This document shows positions 28,299 through 43,537 of a stretch of DNA of 64,000 bases, in pieces. Location: positions 1,670,254 through 1,734,253 of the forward strand of contig NW_002060953.1 in NCBI RefSeq assembly GCF_000150275.1, written 5' to 3'. Position 1 is the first letter of the stretch. Each line of letters starts with the position of its first letter. The notes beneath the pieces are model-generated. The model worked only from the letters and a program-made list of their open reading frames with translations. It was not told the DNA's origin and did not search any database. The stretch comes from Trichoplax adhaerens (taxonomy: Eukaryota; Animalia; Placozoa). A program made the position numbers and the translations under genes.

Positions 28299-29639
28299 GG
28301 ATGTCATGGATTAAGTCTCTGCCGGTTGTTACGAACTATAATCAAACTCAACACTATATAGCGAAAGTAATTCAAGATGTAAACTTTAGTATTTATGAAA
28401 TGGATTGGATATCTGCTGGTAGTTGCAAACTATAATCAAGTTTTAGATTATATAGCAAAAGAACTAAGGATATAATCTTTTAGTAGTTATCCCATACAAT
28501 TTCACCGATAAGTATCCTCAGTAGGTAATGCTAGAGGACACGATTTTTATTCAATTAGCACATAGGTTTCTCTAAATAAGTATTTTAAATCTTAATAATT
28601 ATCTTTTGCTTCTAGGTCAAGCTTGGTGGTTGTTGTGCGTAAGAATCAATTAATGTTGCAATAACGTGGACAAATCTAATTTCTAGATCATATTACTTTA
28701 TAATTGAACAAGTATTCGTCGACAAGATGTTTCTGAGTTATTTTAAATTTGATGTATTATCCAATGTTAATCCTCGAAGAGTAACAAGCGATGGCAAAAG
28801 GCCATGTCTAAATACAGGTCTAGCATATCATGCGAGCAAATCACCAAGTCATGATAACTTGAATTTATGACTTTAATGTATCCTACTTTGCACCTTAGAT
28901 TAGATATTATATTACCTGATCACGTTTTAATAGTAATTAAAATTAGTAAGCTGTTAATTTTTAAAGTCTGAAGTGGACTGATCTCAATGCAAAGCCAATG
29001 CAGAATGTAGTATGAAATGTAAAACACGAAGGATGATGTAAAGAGCCCGTATAAGCAATTAAAAATTTTTTAAGTTTTAGGTGACAAATTTACTGTAGAT
29101 TAGGTGAATGGTTCTCTGGCGATGCTAATACATAAGAATGCAGCAATGTTAAAGCTATCTATAACAAAATGGTTATTCAATGTTGATACTTGAGAATTAG
29201 TAAATAGATCCTTCATTTAAGAATTAAATTACTGAGCAATTTATCGTTTTCATAATTTCCTTTAAAGTACGAAGCAATTTCCTTACCAGCACTTTAGTCT
29301 GGTACTCCAAGTACTTCCTTCCTTGCGAAATAATCCTTCGATAGCAAAGGTCTCTAGCACGATTTCGCATCTGAAACCTATACAAAGTCCAAAAGTTGCT
29401 TGTCCACTATACTATATGCTATCATTTTTGGCATGCGCTGTGGAAATTAGCAATTACTTTCCAAATCATTCTACTATAATAAAAAGCCTTGAGAAAATAG
29501 TATAAAATACTATAGAATTGTTTACTTAATTGACTTAGTACGTGGCGTCCATCTGTGCCACTTGCGAGTAGTGATAGAAATCATTGCAAACTATTCCAAA
29601 AGCGCATACAGTAATAACGACAGGAAGAAGTTATCGTAT

Positions 29640-30360
29640 CATTTTGGATAGCCAGCTATTGATTGATCTAACTTAAGTTCATTAGAATAATAAGAAAGCA
29701 GTGATCTAAATACTTTCTCGTATAGATGCTTGCAGGTCTATCTCATAATATTCACCATCAAAAGAAATAGTATGCAATACAGATGGAAGGGTGCTTCTCA
29801 AGAATACAGAATTAGATGAATGTAAAATTATAGTAAAGCCGCAAGATTACGTTAGGTCATATTGGATAGCAAATTAAAGATTGGTCTCATCCAAGATTAT
29901 TGTGAAAATAAGAAAATATTAATCTATGTAACTTTTTGCATAGATGCTTGCTGTTCTATCTCATCATGTGCACAATTAAAGTAGACAGTATCCAGTATAG
30001 ACGGAAGAGCGCTTCGTAAAAGCATGGAATGAGATGAAAATTAATTATCGTAAAATTGCAAGATCAAAGTAGGTTGTATAGCTTAACAAGCTAAAGATTG
30101 ATCTGATCAAAGCTCAATAAGATAATAGGGAAATAATGATTGGAATATCAGCTCTTATAAATATTTGTTATTCTATCTTACCACGTCTACAATCAAAATA
30201 GCTAAGAGTGCTTCCAAGAATATAGAGAGAGATGAATATTAAATACAGTAAAGCGGTAATATTATCCCATGTCTGATGGGACAGCAAACTACAGATTGAT
30301 CTGGTTCAAGCGTATATAGATACTTGCTATTCTATCTCATCACGTCTACTATCAAAGTAA
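29640..30360. repeat. Degenerate tandem repeat, ~160-220-bp unit, about 4 copies
   Basis: The motif TAGATGCTTGC..TCTATCTCAT recurs near 29723, 29941, 30160 and 30317, followed by shared GAGATGAA / AAAGATTGATCT blocks. Confidence 0.75.
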
Positions 30361-31285
30361 ATTGGAAGTAGTTCTGGGAAATGAATATATCTCCCTAATT
30401 CGTAGTGAGGATCAAAAATAACCTATTGGTTCTAAACTATAAATATCAGCGGTAGATAACCTGATCGCAAGGTTAGAATGTATCCTATTCCGCTGCTATT
30501 GATTATAGTAATGTTAAAAGCGAGTGTATAGCCCGCAAATATAATGAAAGAATTTTTACTTTACTATTTCGATAGCAATACACTATAAATCGCAATGTTG
30601 AAATGTAGACCTTGGAATCTAAAGTGTATCTACTTAAAAATATCGATGGATATTATTAGTTCTTATTAAACAATTTTACGTTGCTATTTAGATAGAAATA
30701 TACCACAAAGAGAATGGTGAAATCTAGACTTGGGATCTAAAGAATACATACTTCTAAATATTACTTGTAATTATTAATACCAATAATAAAATGCAATAAC
30801 AAGAAATATTCTAAGTTTGCCCAATCTTCTGAATTTGAAAGCGTTCTGTTACGGTGATTGCTGATGATAAATGTATAATTATCATAACAGAGTTTAAGAC
30901 TTGATTTATTGAGGTCATTAACCATAAATCAATATTGACGTTTTCAGCCATAAGCCTAACATGGCAACAATACTGCTGGCTCTATTAAGAGGGTGATACG
31001 ATTTAATTTATTATTTTATATAATGAAGCCGTTATCCACTAAGAATATTAAACAGTGATTGAAACTATTATGATAAAACGAGTAAAAATTATAAAGCATA
31101 CAGAAATTATTACTTCTAAAATGGGTTATCATACGCCTTTTAGAAGTACATATTCTGATAATAAAACTACTCTATAGTATAGCTAAGGATCCAAACAGGT
31201 AAGGACTCATTCAACAGTTAGAAAATAGTTAAAATTTTATTGGAATTGCTATCCTATTGAAATACTAAGAATATCCCAACTTCAA

Positions 31286-33332
31286 CTATGTATGAGTATA
31301 TTGAAGCTTTTCGACGATATCTTTTCTCCCTATCGCCAATAATACTGGTGCTACAGCTGATGCAGTAAATTTTGTCGGATGTCTCTGAGAAAATTGTTTG
31401 ATGACAGCAAATGCTCTATCAAATTCAGACGAATGATCTTTAGCAATAACATCGGTGTCTATGGCCATATCCAAAGCTAAGGCAAATTTCGCCCAGTCAG
31501 TTCCTATACTGCTTACAATCATCAGCACTAAATTTAGAACGATAAATTATAATATCAGCTGTAAAAATAATAGTCGAACTTAACGAAATGGAATCCCAAG
31601 TATGAATAACAATAAATTATTAGTATGCGCTTTGAGTAAAACTGCATCTTTTACAAGTCATGCTTTCTGAAGGTCATTCAGATGGTAACGAATTACTAAT
31701 GAATTATTTAAGATTAGGGATTGAATTCCTTAACAAAAATCGTAATCTCTGATAAATATCATGAATTACAACCAGCAGTCATGTCATTCACAGTCACCAC
31801 ATTTCTAATGCATATTAGAAGCATTGCCAGTGACAATGAACATAGAAAAGCAGGTGAGTTAAAAATGAAGCAATGAATTTTTGATGGCACTGAGTTTCTA
31901 AAATTATCACCTTGAGGCTGGAAAAGTTGATCAGGAGCCATTTGATTAGGATTCAGTGGCGCATCCACTAGTTATTGTGAATGCCAATAAATTAGAAATG
32001 TAATTTTAAATTTATGATCATAATTTATTCGATAAAATAGCTTCCATTTAACCAAAGCAACGCTTCAACTCATGATATATGAATATAGAAAATCTACCTT
32101 CATCTCCTGAATGCTTTCCTTTAGAAGAACCTATAATGAGCAATTCCAAATGTCTCATATTAGCTATATGTATGTAAAGGTGTTAAATAACACACAAATA
32201 TAGGGGATATAATTTCAAGTAAAAATAGCTAACTAAAGTCTATAATTTCATTTTCACATATGACATGATAATCCATTTAATGCGTAATGGACTAGAAAGT
32301 AAGTTATTCATTCGATAAAAATTTCTACTTTATAGCTCGATATGTTTCCTATAGTAAGATTTTAAACTTTATGCATAAATGCTGTATCTTAAAAATCAGC
32401 AATTCATTCAATATGGCTGAGTTTTATCCATAGAGTATCTTATATGATAATCTTTTATGCAATTAAAGGAGTTATTTGTTGAAGACAACTGGCATTTACT
32501 TTTATCGTCTGGATATAAAGAAACAATTCCACCACCTGCCGGATTGGGGTCTGATAATGAAGACTTACTAGCTTTTCCACCTTCCAGAACAAAAGAATAC
32601 ATGTCGATAATAATAATAATTGATATATAGATTAGTTTGTCAAGTCACTTTTATTAAGACGAAGAGCATAGAATTTATGACTAATTTGCTGGGTATATCT
32701 TGCAAAAATCTAGTTGGTTTTTACTATAATAAATCTATGATATTGCTCTAAAATGCTGTGTCTAGCACACAAACAACTAGGACAGTTTATGATTTTGATA
32801 ATTTAGGAATCTATCTAAATTTGAGCAATTACTAAAAACTATAATTTTTTCTGATTTGATATTAGTATTCAGGAATGAGTTACAAATTTCGGAGATAACA
32901 ATTCTAGGCTAATTATTTTTCTTTAGTCATATCATAATATCGTTTTAAGTTGGTCTATCTACAAGAATCTAATAGGTAGCCAAGGGTTACTACGTCGGTA
33001 AAACAAAAATTTGAATGAAACGCTTTATGTAATTAAGTATTCTTACTAAAACTTTCTTTTTCCATTAGTTTTCCTAATTCTTGAATTGCTGTGGCTTCCG
33101 ATCGTTGCAATAGATAGCAAAATTCAAGCCAGTTTTCATCTGATCGATTCTCTAAAATTCTTATAAACTGAAGGTTTAGACTTTTATCCTGTTGAATCAA
33201 ATATAGTTTATCTGATTCATCATAGGTAATAATTCCAATTAAGTCCGGCAAGATGGTCCTAACGTTTATTTCCTTCATAATCCGATCCCTATATTTAGTT
33301 AGAACTGCCCGGTTTTTATCGTTTAATCCCAT
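31286..33332 (-). CDS. CARD-linker-Death domain adaptor (RAIDD/CRADD-like architecture), ~232 aa
   Basis: Exons 33047-33332 (CARD), 32500-32580, 32098-32130, 31911-31967 and 31286-31527 (DD: IGTDWAKFALAL...LLAIGRKDIVEKL). All introns are phase 1 GT-AG, total 699 nt. The linker contains GDEVDAP. Confidence 0.85.
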
Positions 33333-36300
33333 GATAAAAAAATTTGCTATTACTGGATTTTTATTCCGAAATTCAAAATACGAGTTATTTGATCCAGAAC
33401 AGATTCTAGGTGGCGATGGTGAAATACAGATCAAGACTTGGCTTAATGTTTGTTGGTCTTTAAGGAGGTAACTTGTTAAAGAAATCAGCTAAAGTATCGT
33501 AGTAAAAAGATACATTTTAAAATTTGTTAGTGACAAAAGCAAATGTCAATCAAAGATATCAAGCGAGTAATTAACGACATAAGCCATTTATCTAATATTG
33601 CTTGCATTGTTCTTTTCTAGTAAAAATATTAATAGCTTCTGAAGTATAGTGAGAAAGGAATAAGTAGTCATTTTGTTCAATTAGAAATATCAAATAAAGA
33701 TCGTCAACAAATATATAGTAGCTCGTTCCAGTTACGTTCGTTCTTGTGTACTTTATAAGCCAAATATTGTGTAGATTATTATAGATGCAAAATAACTAGC
33801 TAATCATCAAAATTTTTCTTTAGACTAGTTAAGTTTACGTCTTTTAGGAAGGCTCATTGAATGTCTTTTTAATCTTTAATTGCTTAGCTCCAGTATTTCA
33901 TGATGTAAGGCAGTTAGGTAAATATAAGAATCTTATTAACTTAAACGATACAATGATTGTGGTAACGGAACTTTTATAGAAGATACCAAAAATATTTCCT
34001 TCTTAATTTATTTCTGAACTATTAAAATGAAACTAGACTGTTCAGAATCCAATGGATACTTTTACTCCTATTTATTAACAAACTTTGGAAAATTCCATGC
34101 TGCATGAGTTAAGATGTTACTTTAAACACCTTTTAGATCACGATATTAACCAAAAAATTGCTACAAGTAAAATAGGCATCATGAAGTAGCGAACAGATCA
34201 ATTTGAAGATAATTGCAATTGATGAATTTTTAATCCTGACCTAATGTTATGAGTACAGCTTGAGTATTATGTAATTTATTAATAGGCAAAATTATAAACC
34301 GTAAGAAATCCGCGAAGCAGAAGCAGTAAACCTATTGCTCATGAATGTATTTCTCTTCAGAAATTGGCATTTGGTTTCCAAAAGCTAGGGATTATTTCAT
34401 TAGCATAACGAAATAATTTTTTATACTTGAATGTTTTCTTGTGATTTAATCCCCATATTTACGTTATCTGAGCTAAGAATTATTGATAACGTTCTCTGAA
34501 GCAGGTAATAATGATATTTTAGATCTTGCAGATATTATAAATTAGGTATTATAGATTATAGATAAGTCCTAGAGGCTCGTAGAAAATAAAACTTTCCTCT
34601 TTTGATATTTAATATTTGAAATCAGAGCAGATTCATGATTAGCATGACTACATGCAACTTAGACAGTCTAACTGATTGAAAATCGTATCTTGCACAAATA
34701 AGTAAAAATAGGTTTCGTAATTCCACTACTAACTGAAGTATTGACTTCAAACTCATCAATGTCAAGTAAGATAATCATTAGATTAAAATATCGAACTAAC
34801 TAAACGTGTAAATTACCTTTAGCCAAATGGTACGCTTGCGGAGTTTATGCTAGTTCTAGATGAAGACAAACCTTCTGTACGACTTACGACGAGAGGAAAA
34901 AGATTTTATCTAATTTGTATCATTGCAGCCCCCAAATTTCCGGAGAATGAACAATTGGCGCTGTTGCTTTCAAATAATTGTAAATAGATCTAAAAAGGGC
35001 AAATGGCCGTCATAGCATTGCATCTAAATTATCTGGCCAATCAATTAAATGATACATTGTCGTATAATAATGAAGGGCAAGACAGCCTATTATTCAAATC
35101 GATATTGTGATAACAAAAAGGCAAATTTCTATATTTTATCGGCTGTACTAGAACATTCTATCTTAGGGAATGGAAGATGCTTTTATTAACTATAAAACTA
35201 TCGAGTATCTGCTTTTGATTATAAAAATATAAAAGACGATTTAAAAATTTGGGGGACATTGTGATAACATCAGCCCACCTGATACAACTTTAATGGATTC
35301 CGGAAAATAATCTTACTGAAGCAGAATAAAATGTGGCTAACTCTCTTAGAAAATTATTCATTATGAAGAATAATTAAATTATAGTAGGTCATAAATTCAC
35401 CTATACTGATTGCAAGTCCATTTTTTTCGATCATTATTATCTAATCTATTGGAATAGAATTTGTCTAAGTTTCATATACTCGCAATAGTAATGTGTAGTA
35501 TATCAGTTAGATGACGAATACACTTTTGCATTACGCTACACTTTTGCAATATAAGGTATTCCAAGTACTATTTTTAAATTGCAACTTGTAAGCCAATAAT
35601 TTCCTGTAAAATTAAATTTTGCAGTTGCTATAAGCGTAGTTAGAGCAACAAACATTTCAAAATTAGCCCTATAGTGGATAATGGAAACTAGTTCAATGTA
35701 AAGCCTTTATTAAATTTTTCACTGATGCTTTAACTTGAGCTAGAATTTTTGATTAACCAAATAAGAAAGTCATAATAAACACCTGTTATAGGCACTAAAG
35801 CTCATTATTAACGTACGCTTATTACGAAATTGTAGGCTTGTACTGCTTCAAAGATTATGGTAAGGAATCTGACACGAAAATCGTATTTTAACTTGCTCTT
35901 GTACGCGTAGGCCATTTTACTACTTTAATTTAGAAGGCTCTGTTATAGAATGCGAATATGATATTGAGAAATTATCACCTACTGAAGTCTTAGGTAACTA
36001 TTAAGAAGTAGTTCTAGGAAAAGGCTAGATATATCGTAATATGTGAACAGGTATACCATACGGCGATGTCATATAATATCTGTACAATACTACTGTTCAT
36101 TGCTAATTTTACTAACATCGAAGTAGATTTAGTACAAGTAATACATTTTTGTTTAATGCTTTGGAACAAATAATTACCAGTATAGTAGATAATTCTGCTT
36201 ATATCCAACATCTATTAGTTACTACAAGGGTACTTCTCATTTGCCATTTGTATATCCAAAAGTAATTTCCACAATACTTGTATAAATGCAGGAAATTAGA

Positions 36301-37500
36301 CCAACTGCGTCTTATTGATTAGCTGTGATTCATTAATAAGTTGAAACAACTTTGACATATTAGGTAGCCTATATGAAAGTAACTGTTTAGTTTATCAATA
36401 CTGTTCTTGTAACAAAGAGTTAGACTTCTAAAAATTATCGGATGCTATTGATACTATAAATTATATTTACCACTTCAAGGCTACTAAGAAAATTAGCTGG
36501 GTGGTCGATAGTTTAGACTGTTGGAAATAATGCAACTAATTAAGACAAAATTGCTTTATTTCAGCTTTTAATCAATCTTCAATTTTATAAAATAAAATTC
36601 CCTAGATCTTTACGGTAAAGTACTGGTTCTTGTCTTAGACTTAAACACAGTCCCACGAGTCATGATGCATCTACTATGAACCCTGTTAGACCTAAAGAGA
36701 TATCAATAAATTTCGTACATGATACTAATTCTTCCATTTCTTTGCCTATAAATGCTTATTGCGTTTTGTATTCATTTACGTACAATAAAGAAAACTTACT
36801 TTAACCGGATAGTAATTACTACTTAAAATATTTGCTATCTATATAAGGAGTAAAACTACTTCTACTACGCTCATACAAGACAATTATTATTTCAAAGGAG
36901 CAAATATTCTCTCCTACAGTAGAGTAAAACAATAGATATTTATATTGCCATAATGGCTCCTCATGCAATTACCGAAAATTGAAAGCATTTATAAAGGCTT
37001 TAAATGTTCTTTAACATGAATGTAAAACTATTTCCAATCTTACATGAAAGTTTAAAAAGCAATAGACTTTTTCATGCTCCTGGAAAGAAAGTAGTTCATT
37101 TCGAAACAGCTTACAAAGTAATATTACCCAGAAAAATACCGTACAAGTAACGAAAACAAGAATTACATTTATTTTGAATTATTAATCCTTCCTTTCCATC
37201 ATTAAAAGAATAGAAGATTAAGGTAAATTTGCACTTAAAAGTAATAACTTCAAAGATATATCTATCAGCTACCGTACATAATTCGATATTCTAATTCCGC
37301 ATATATTTTGATTACGTTAAAGTTATTACATTATAATTCTACCAGTCAGTGTACGCTGTAATTATTTCTTAATAATTAGTAGCTATAAAATGTTCCTATT
37401 TCAAGTTCTACTTATATTAAACTATTATCAGGTAATGAGTTTTCGCCCTTTAACCGAACATGGCTCATATTTACCCAGCGTTTAGTGTCAAATTTAGGAT

Positions 37501-39189
37501 TTACAATTTTCGTAATTCAACGGCTATATCATTTCTGTAAATGGTTCTTAGGGCACTTTCTAATACAGATATAGTGGCTTTAGTTGGATTTTTCTGACTC
37601 CAAATATCCAGGAATGCTTTTGTTTGATTAAATACAGAATGACCATGCTGATATATAATGGTATCTAAATTAATATCAGAATCAAGAAATGCTGCCAGTT
37701 TTGTCCAATCCAAGCCAATTTTATCACATACTATAAAGTACGCTTTCTTCATCTTCTCTTTTGCTAATCGTCAGAAGAAGTGAAAGTCATTATAAACTAA
37801 TTAAAAGTTGTCATGACTTTCTGTAATACTGCCGCTGTGACTTTGTAGCACATAAACTCATGGCTATTTTAACGTTAAAAAAAGATTCTAAGGCTTTAAC
37901 TGACCCAAAGTAAAAACTAATAGTCCATATAATTTACAAATTAGGCAGCTAATGAAGTGCAATAGAATGAAGGATAGCTTAAGACACTAATATAGCATTA
38001 TTTTTTAAATCCATATTAGCGAATAGTAGCATAATATGTATCTTGCTGGCATACTAAACTTAATCTATTTAATTATACAGTCATTAAATCCGATAACTGG
38101 CTATGCATAAAGTTAATCTTTACTTTGGGCTAACGTTAGGCGTAACTAACATTACTTAGTATCATTGCATTCGGCTGAAAGAGCACCATGATTTACGAGC
38201 GTGCTTAGTAATAGCCTAAAAATAGTTTTAAATGTTACAAAGCTATGTAACCCAAGACTTTTAACAAAGCAAATCTCACTATGGTACGTGCAAACCCTTA
38301 ATGTATGTTAATATAAAGTCGGTAATATTTAAGTGTAGAAAATTATGAATGAAACAGCAAGACTGTAGTAAGTAATAGCTATTAGTAATGAATGAAATTT
38401 GTTATCCTTTCTGTGGAATCTAATCTACCAACCTGCATCCTCATTTTCACCTCGATCAACTATGATTTCAAGCAAAGAGCAAGCAAAAATTAGTTATTAA
38501 TTTAGTGCTAAATGACTATCGTATATATTTATATAAGTATTGTAATCCATTAAAACATATCTAAACTACCCGAGGGAATTAAGACTAAAAGGCAAATTTG
38601 ATCAATTAATGTTTAGTCTTAAGCTTTACTCACCGACATCTTCGCTGTTACTACCTAAATGAGAACCTTCAAAATAGTCCAAAAAAAAATAGATGGTATC
38701 ATTCAAGAAAGACATTAGCATAAGCTGTTACATTGAAATGACTTGATCATCTATCAATATGATCATAAAATCATAGTAATATTAGCTGATAATCTCAATT
38801 TATTTCTATGTTTTGCAGTCTAGCAATAATAGCACCATGATTTTATTATTTCGTCCCTGTTATGATATTGCTTACTCGGCTAAATTTATACCTGAAATTT
38901 CTCTGACTTCTGCTTTTAATTTTTTGCCTAAACTTTGAACGGCCGACGCTTGATATTCGATCAATGATAGATAAAACTCTTTGAAATCTTTATCGTCTCT
39001 AGTCCTAAGTATTTTTACAAATTGAAAATTTTTTTCTTTCTTTGTTTTAAAGCCACTTAAAAAATCCACTTCATGTTCGCTTAACACTTTAACAGAATGT
39101 AAATCATATACTATATCGCTTATAGGTGTCTGTGCAATAATTTGCTTCAGATTATTCTCAAGTATGTTTTGATATTCCTTAGACAACAT
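37501..39189 (-). CDS. CARD-linker-Death domain adaptor, ~202 aa
   Basis: Exons 38892-39189 (CARD), 38634-38654, 38433-38459 and 37501-37763 (DD: IGLDWTKLAAFL...LRTIYRNDIAVEL). Phase-1 introns, total 609 nt. The linker contains SEDVVDRG. Confidence 0.85.
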
Positions 39190-42100
39190 GACCAGTGTTT
39201 ACTTGATTTTTAGCCCACGCTAGTAGTCTAAAAAATGTTACCTTAAATCCGCAAAGATAATAAAACCATAAAATTATATATTTATGAGTGATTTGAATTA
39301 GTAGCAACTTTAGCAATTTCATTTAAATTTTAACTGGTGGTTTTAATCGCTGGCAAAATACATTCAATAGTCTCATAGGCCATATGCTTTTCTACTCGTA
39401 ATAAATGATCAGAGCAAATTCTTGAGGCTACGATCCTAGATCAATGTTTGGAATTTAGCATGTACTGTACTATTGCTCAAATTTTGGGATACTGGACAAT
39501 GAACAGTAATTCAGATTTTGCCATATCCTGTTAGGGTTAGATTGATTATTAAGGAAATACCATGCAGTATATGCTTGATTATATTTTTTCATGATTCCCC
39601 AAGTAGTCAAATGCTCCTTTTTAGACTAACTTTTTACACTTTTATATAGAGTGCTTGATTCATATAATGCCAGTTCATTTTAGACCTATATTAATATAAT
39701 TCTGGTTGCTCGTATTAGATGTGCTCAATGAATAAAAGAAGCCCAGAACATAAACAGTTCGATGCTGTCGTACATTTGCTAGCAACTATACTTTCTACGT
39801 TACGATCAAACTTAATATCTTCAATCATAACTTAATTATTTACTAGCTAGAATTGATTTAGGGATCTATAATTAATGCCAAAATGTCGGCATTTCTATTT
39901 AAATTTGAAAACAATCGTAAAAATAGAATGTCAGTAAGAGCTTAATCATTTGCACCATACCTCATTGTGGTGGTGAAGAAAGTAATAATGCAGATAAGTG
40001 AAAACTGAATTTATACAACGTAAAATTCATAGATGCCTGATGTAATTAGATTAACACAGAAGTTAGATTAGATAACGTACCGATATCACCAATATTACGC
40101 TTTCGATTCAATTAAGTTATAAAAGTATTCTATTATATCATTTTATAAGGGTAGCTTCTAATTGAGAAAGCAGCAGTTAAGCCATGTTTACCTTCAGAAT
40201 AATTTGTGCAATTTAGTAGTGTGTATCTGATGTAGCATTACTTCTCCATTTACGCATGCTGGTGTTTAATGCTTAACAAAGTTTGATGATTTGTTTCACC
40301 ATATAAAAATACTGGCAGATACTAAAATTCTAATTTTAGGGATTATAAATCGATTTACTCTACATTAAACTTAAAACTAAATGGTAGCTAATTATGTCGG
40401 ATAAAAAATAAATGTATATATAGCAATAATTAGTCGTTCATTAAATTATTGTTATGAAATATTACTTAAAATTTTTCGCTTATATCAATAAGTAGGTTTC
40501 AATTAGGAGCACTCTGATTATTCATTATCACCTCCGTACAACATATCATTGATTATCTATACGAGCACTAGCACCATTTAATCATCAATAATTCTAGTAT
40601 CTCATGATTGTCAACAATCTTATGTTGAACTGCATGTTATAAAGTTACCCAGACACGCTATTACAAAAGAATCAGTTTCATCTTCCATAGGATAAAATCT
40701 CAGGTTTCAGATATTTAATCCCTCTGCTAAAATCAAGTCAAAGCTCATACAGTACAAGTAATCAATTTCAGCCTTATAGGGTGCCAATCTTACTTCGATA
40801 GTCTATTTATTAACGTAAATTTACCAGTCGCGATGACGTTTTTAAGCCTGCATTATGTCGATCTCAACTGGCTTAATATCCAAGAGTAATTGATTTCAGT
40901 TTGAAGATAAAAGTTCATTGTATCTCTTAATACGGTAATGTTGAGCTTCAAAGTGCTATAATCAACATTTAACTTCCTACTTACACGTTTGCAATCTTCG
41001 ATTTCCGGCTTTACTGTGTAAGACGTAGATGCAATTTTATCTAATCGACGGTGCTTCAAACAGGATTAGGGGAGGCTTTAACTGTTTGTCGGCTGGATTT
41101 TATATCCTTCCAGGTCGGTCAGCAATCACTGTCTAATTAAGTACCATCAGAGGACTGGCCGGGATAATCTACTTGACATGCCTAGTCCAGCTTTCAGTCA
41201 CGCTATCCCACCTCTAAACCATGATCAACATAGTAGACGGCAGCCGCCGCTAAGTCATGATCGCAAATGATGAATAAGATGAGTAGGGATCAGTCTATCC
41301 TATTGTGACGTCATAAAGGCCTACTGTGAAGACGGTAAATAAGCAAGATAATGACGTTAGATAAAATTAACATACTAGATAATGTTGGATGATGATAACT
41401 ACGGTTTGCTATCGACAATTTTATATTGTTTGGAGGGATTAGATGATCTAAACTTGGATTGAAAGTAGTCATGCTTGCATCATTCGATCTCTCACTGTAA
41501 AGTTGATTAGATTACGTGTTCAGTTTACTGGCAAAAATGGCTACTAGTGGAGATAAAAATGAGTAGCTCAACTTAAACTTAAATTTAAACGGTCACGAGA
41601 TGATCGTGTAATAGACTCTTGTTATTACTGTTCATTCACCTTCGAAACCAAAATTTGAGTTAATAAAATGTAGTAAATCTTGCATGTGACACACGAAGCT
41701 AGTCTCATACTAGAAATAATAAAAGTGTGCTGTTTAATTCTATTTGAATCATACTATTGCAATTAGCTGAAACTATGACACGTTGATACGCATCGATAAG
41801 CTGAAATTATTAGATAATGTTCGATGATGATAGCTATGACCCCTGCCTGTATATTAGATTGACTTAAAAAATGTTTTGACGATCTAAACTTGTTTTAAAA
41901 TATCTGTAAGACAAACAATTTTAACCGAAAAGCAACGTGAAGGAAATTTTCATCTGTACATGATATTAACCTACATGTAACATAGTATAGCAATCTCTGA
42001 TGAATGTTTGTAGCCATGTCGGGTTCGTCCTACTAAATTAGCTGCATCTTTACTGATGTAAGCAGAAGTAGGGACTTCTGGCTGCTCTGGATACAAGCTT

Positions 42101-43537
42101 GCATCTTTTGGTAAATTACTAACGTATTCATTAAATAAACAATTTACGTTCTATTTTAATCGAAACTAATCTCAAAAGTAATAGTACTTTACATAGTTGT
42201 AAATATGCAGGTCAGGAGATGGCAAATGTTTAAAGTAATGCTTCATACTTAACTTTTCTAGCTATATCTCATGCCACTGAAATTATTATCTTTATTGTTA
42301 CCTCATTTACTCAAAAATCCGTTATTTTACAAAATCACTAGGCGTTTTGTAAAACCACTACGTAAGTCTACAAAATCGATTTTAGAATAGTTAGAAACTG
42401 CTTCCAGTTATACTCAACTAAGCAGCATTGTAGAATTAAAATATTGTATTCCAATTACACCTATCCACTCATCACCTTGGAGTAAACGGAAAATGATCAA
42501 ACCTGTAAATACCGTATCTAACACTATGCTAATATGTTACAAAAATATGATAAAGTAAAATGATCTTAATCGTTTCCTCTATAAATGGTTGGATGAAACT
42601 TTCATTATTTCACATTTAAAAAAGATATCAAAATATTACGAAATGCTTTAAATCCATTTATTTAAAAGAGAGACAAGATAACAAAATTGATTGATAAAAT
42701 TATTGAGAGAATATTACCAAATCTAAGCAATTTTCGAAAAAAATTCGAACATTCTTTAGGGAGTTATGTAGGGGTATAAATAAAATAATTACCATTTCAA
42801 ATCATTGATATAGTATATTACATACTGGACTTTTGCAAAATGCATTCATTTATATAAATTATGTAATTTAAATATCGGCATTACTGCCGGAAGGGATGAG
42901 AACACGAGCGTTAAGCTCTAAAGGAAATAAAGCCGTCGAAATAAGAATAATAAGGAAGCTGACAAAGAAGACAGATTAAATAGGGTGGTTTAGTTTGCTG
43001 ATTAATACGATCATTCTTAATAAATGAGTGAAACTTCAAATACAATTAATCAATGAAAAGGAATTAATAAATGGTCAGCATAGTCTATTTTTTTTAGAAA
43101 AAATCGACTAATAACTTTCGAAAGGAAGTAATTACTGCTATACTTGGAGGTACCAGTTCAGGTTGGCATTCAAGATTCTATAATGTTACATTATAAGAAA
43201 AAATTACATCAGTAGCTTAAACAAAATTTTGAAACTGAGTAACGTATGAAGAGCTAACAATCTTAGTTATTTATCAATCATCTTTAGGCGTTAAAAAACC
43301 ATGGCCAATGATATATCGGTTGCTATTCGTTATATCTCTTAAAATTTAAACTTATAATTTATCGATTGCTGAAATTAGCAATTTGTTTAGTTAGCCAGTT
43401 ATAGCATGTACCGTATCACGAGTGAGAAAATGCACCGGTGAATTTTCTATATGAAAGGAGTACGTCAAAAATCAACATGAAATCTTTACATGATAAACTT
43501 ACTATGTATCCCATTTAAACCTTGAGTACTCGCCATT

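Noticed and set aside
40850-41340. GC-richer island with a TGACGTCA (CRE-like) palindrome near 41307
   Set aside because: A single 8-mer is expected by chance in 64 kb; no ORF, RNA fold or repeat identity could be supported.
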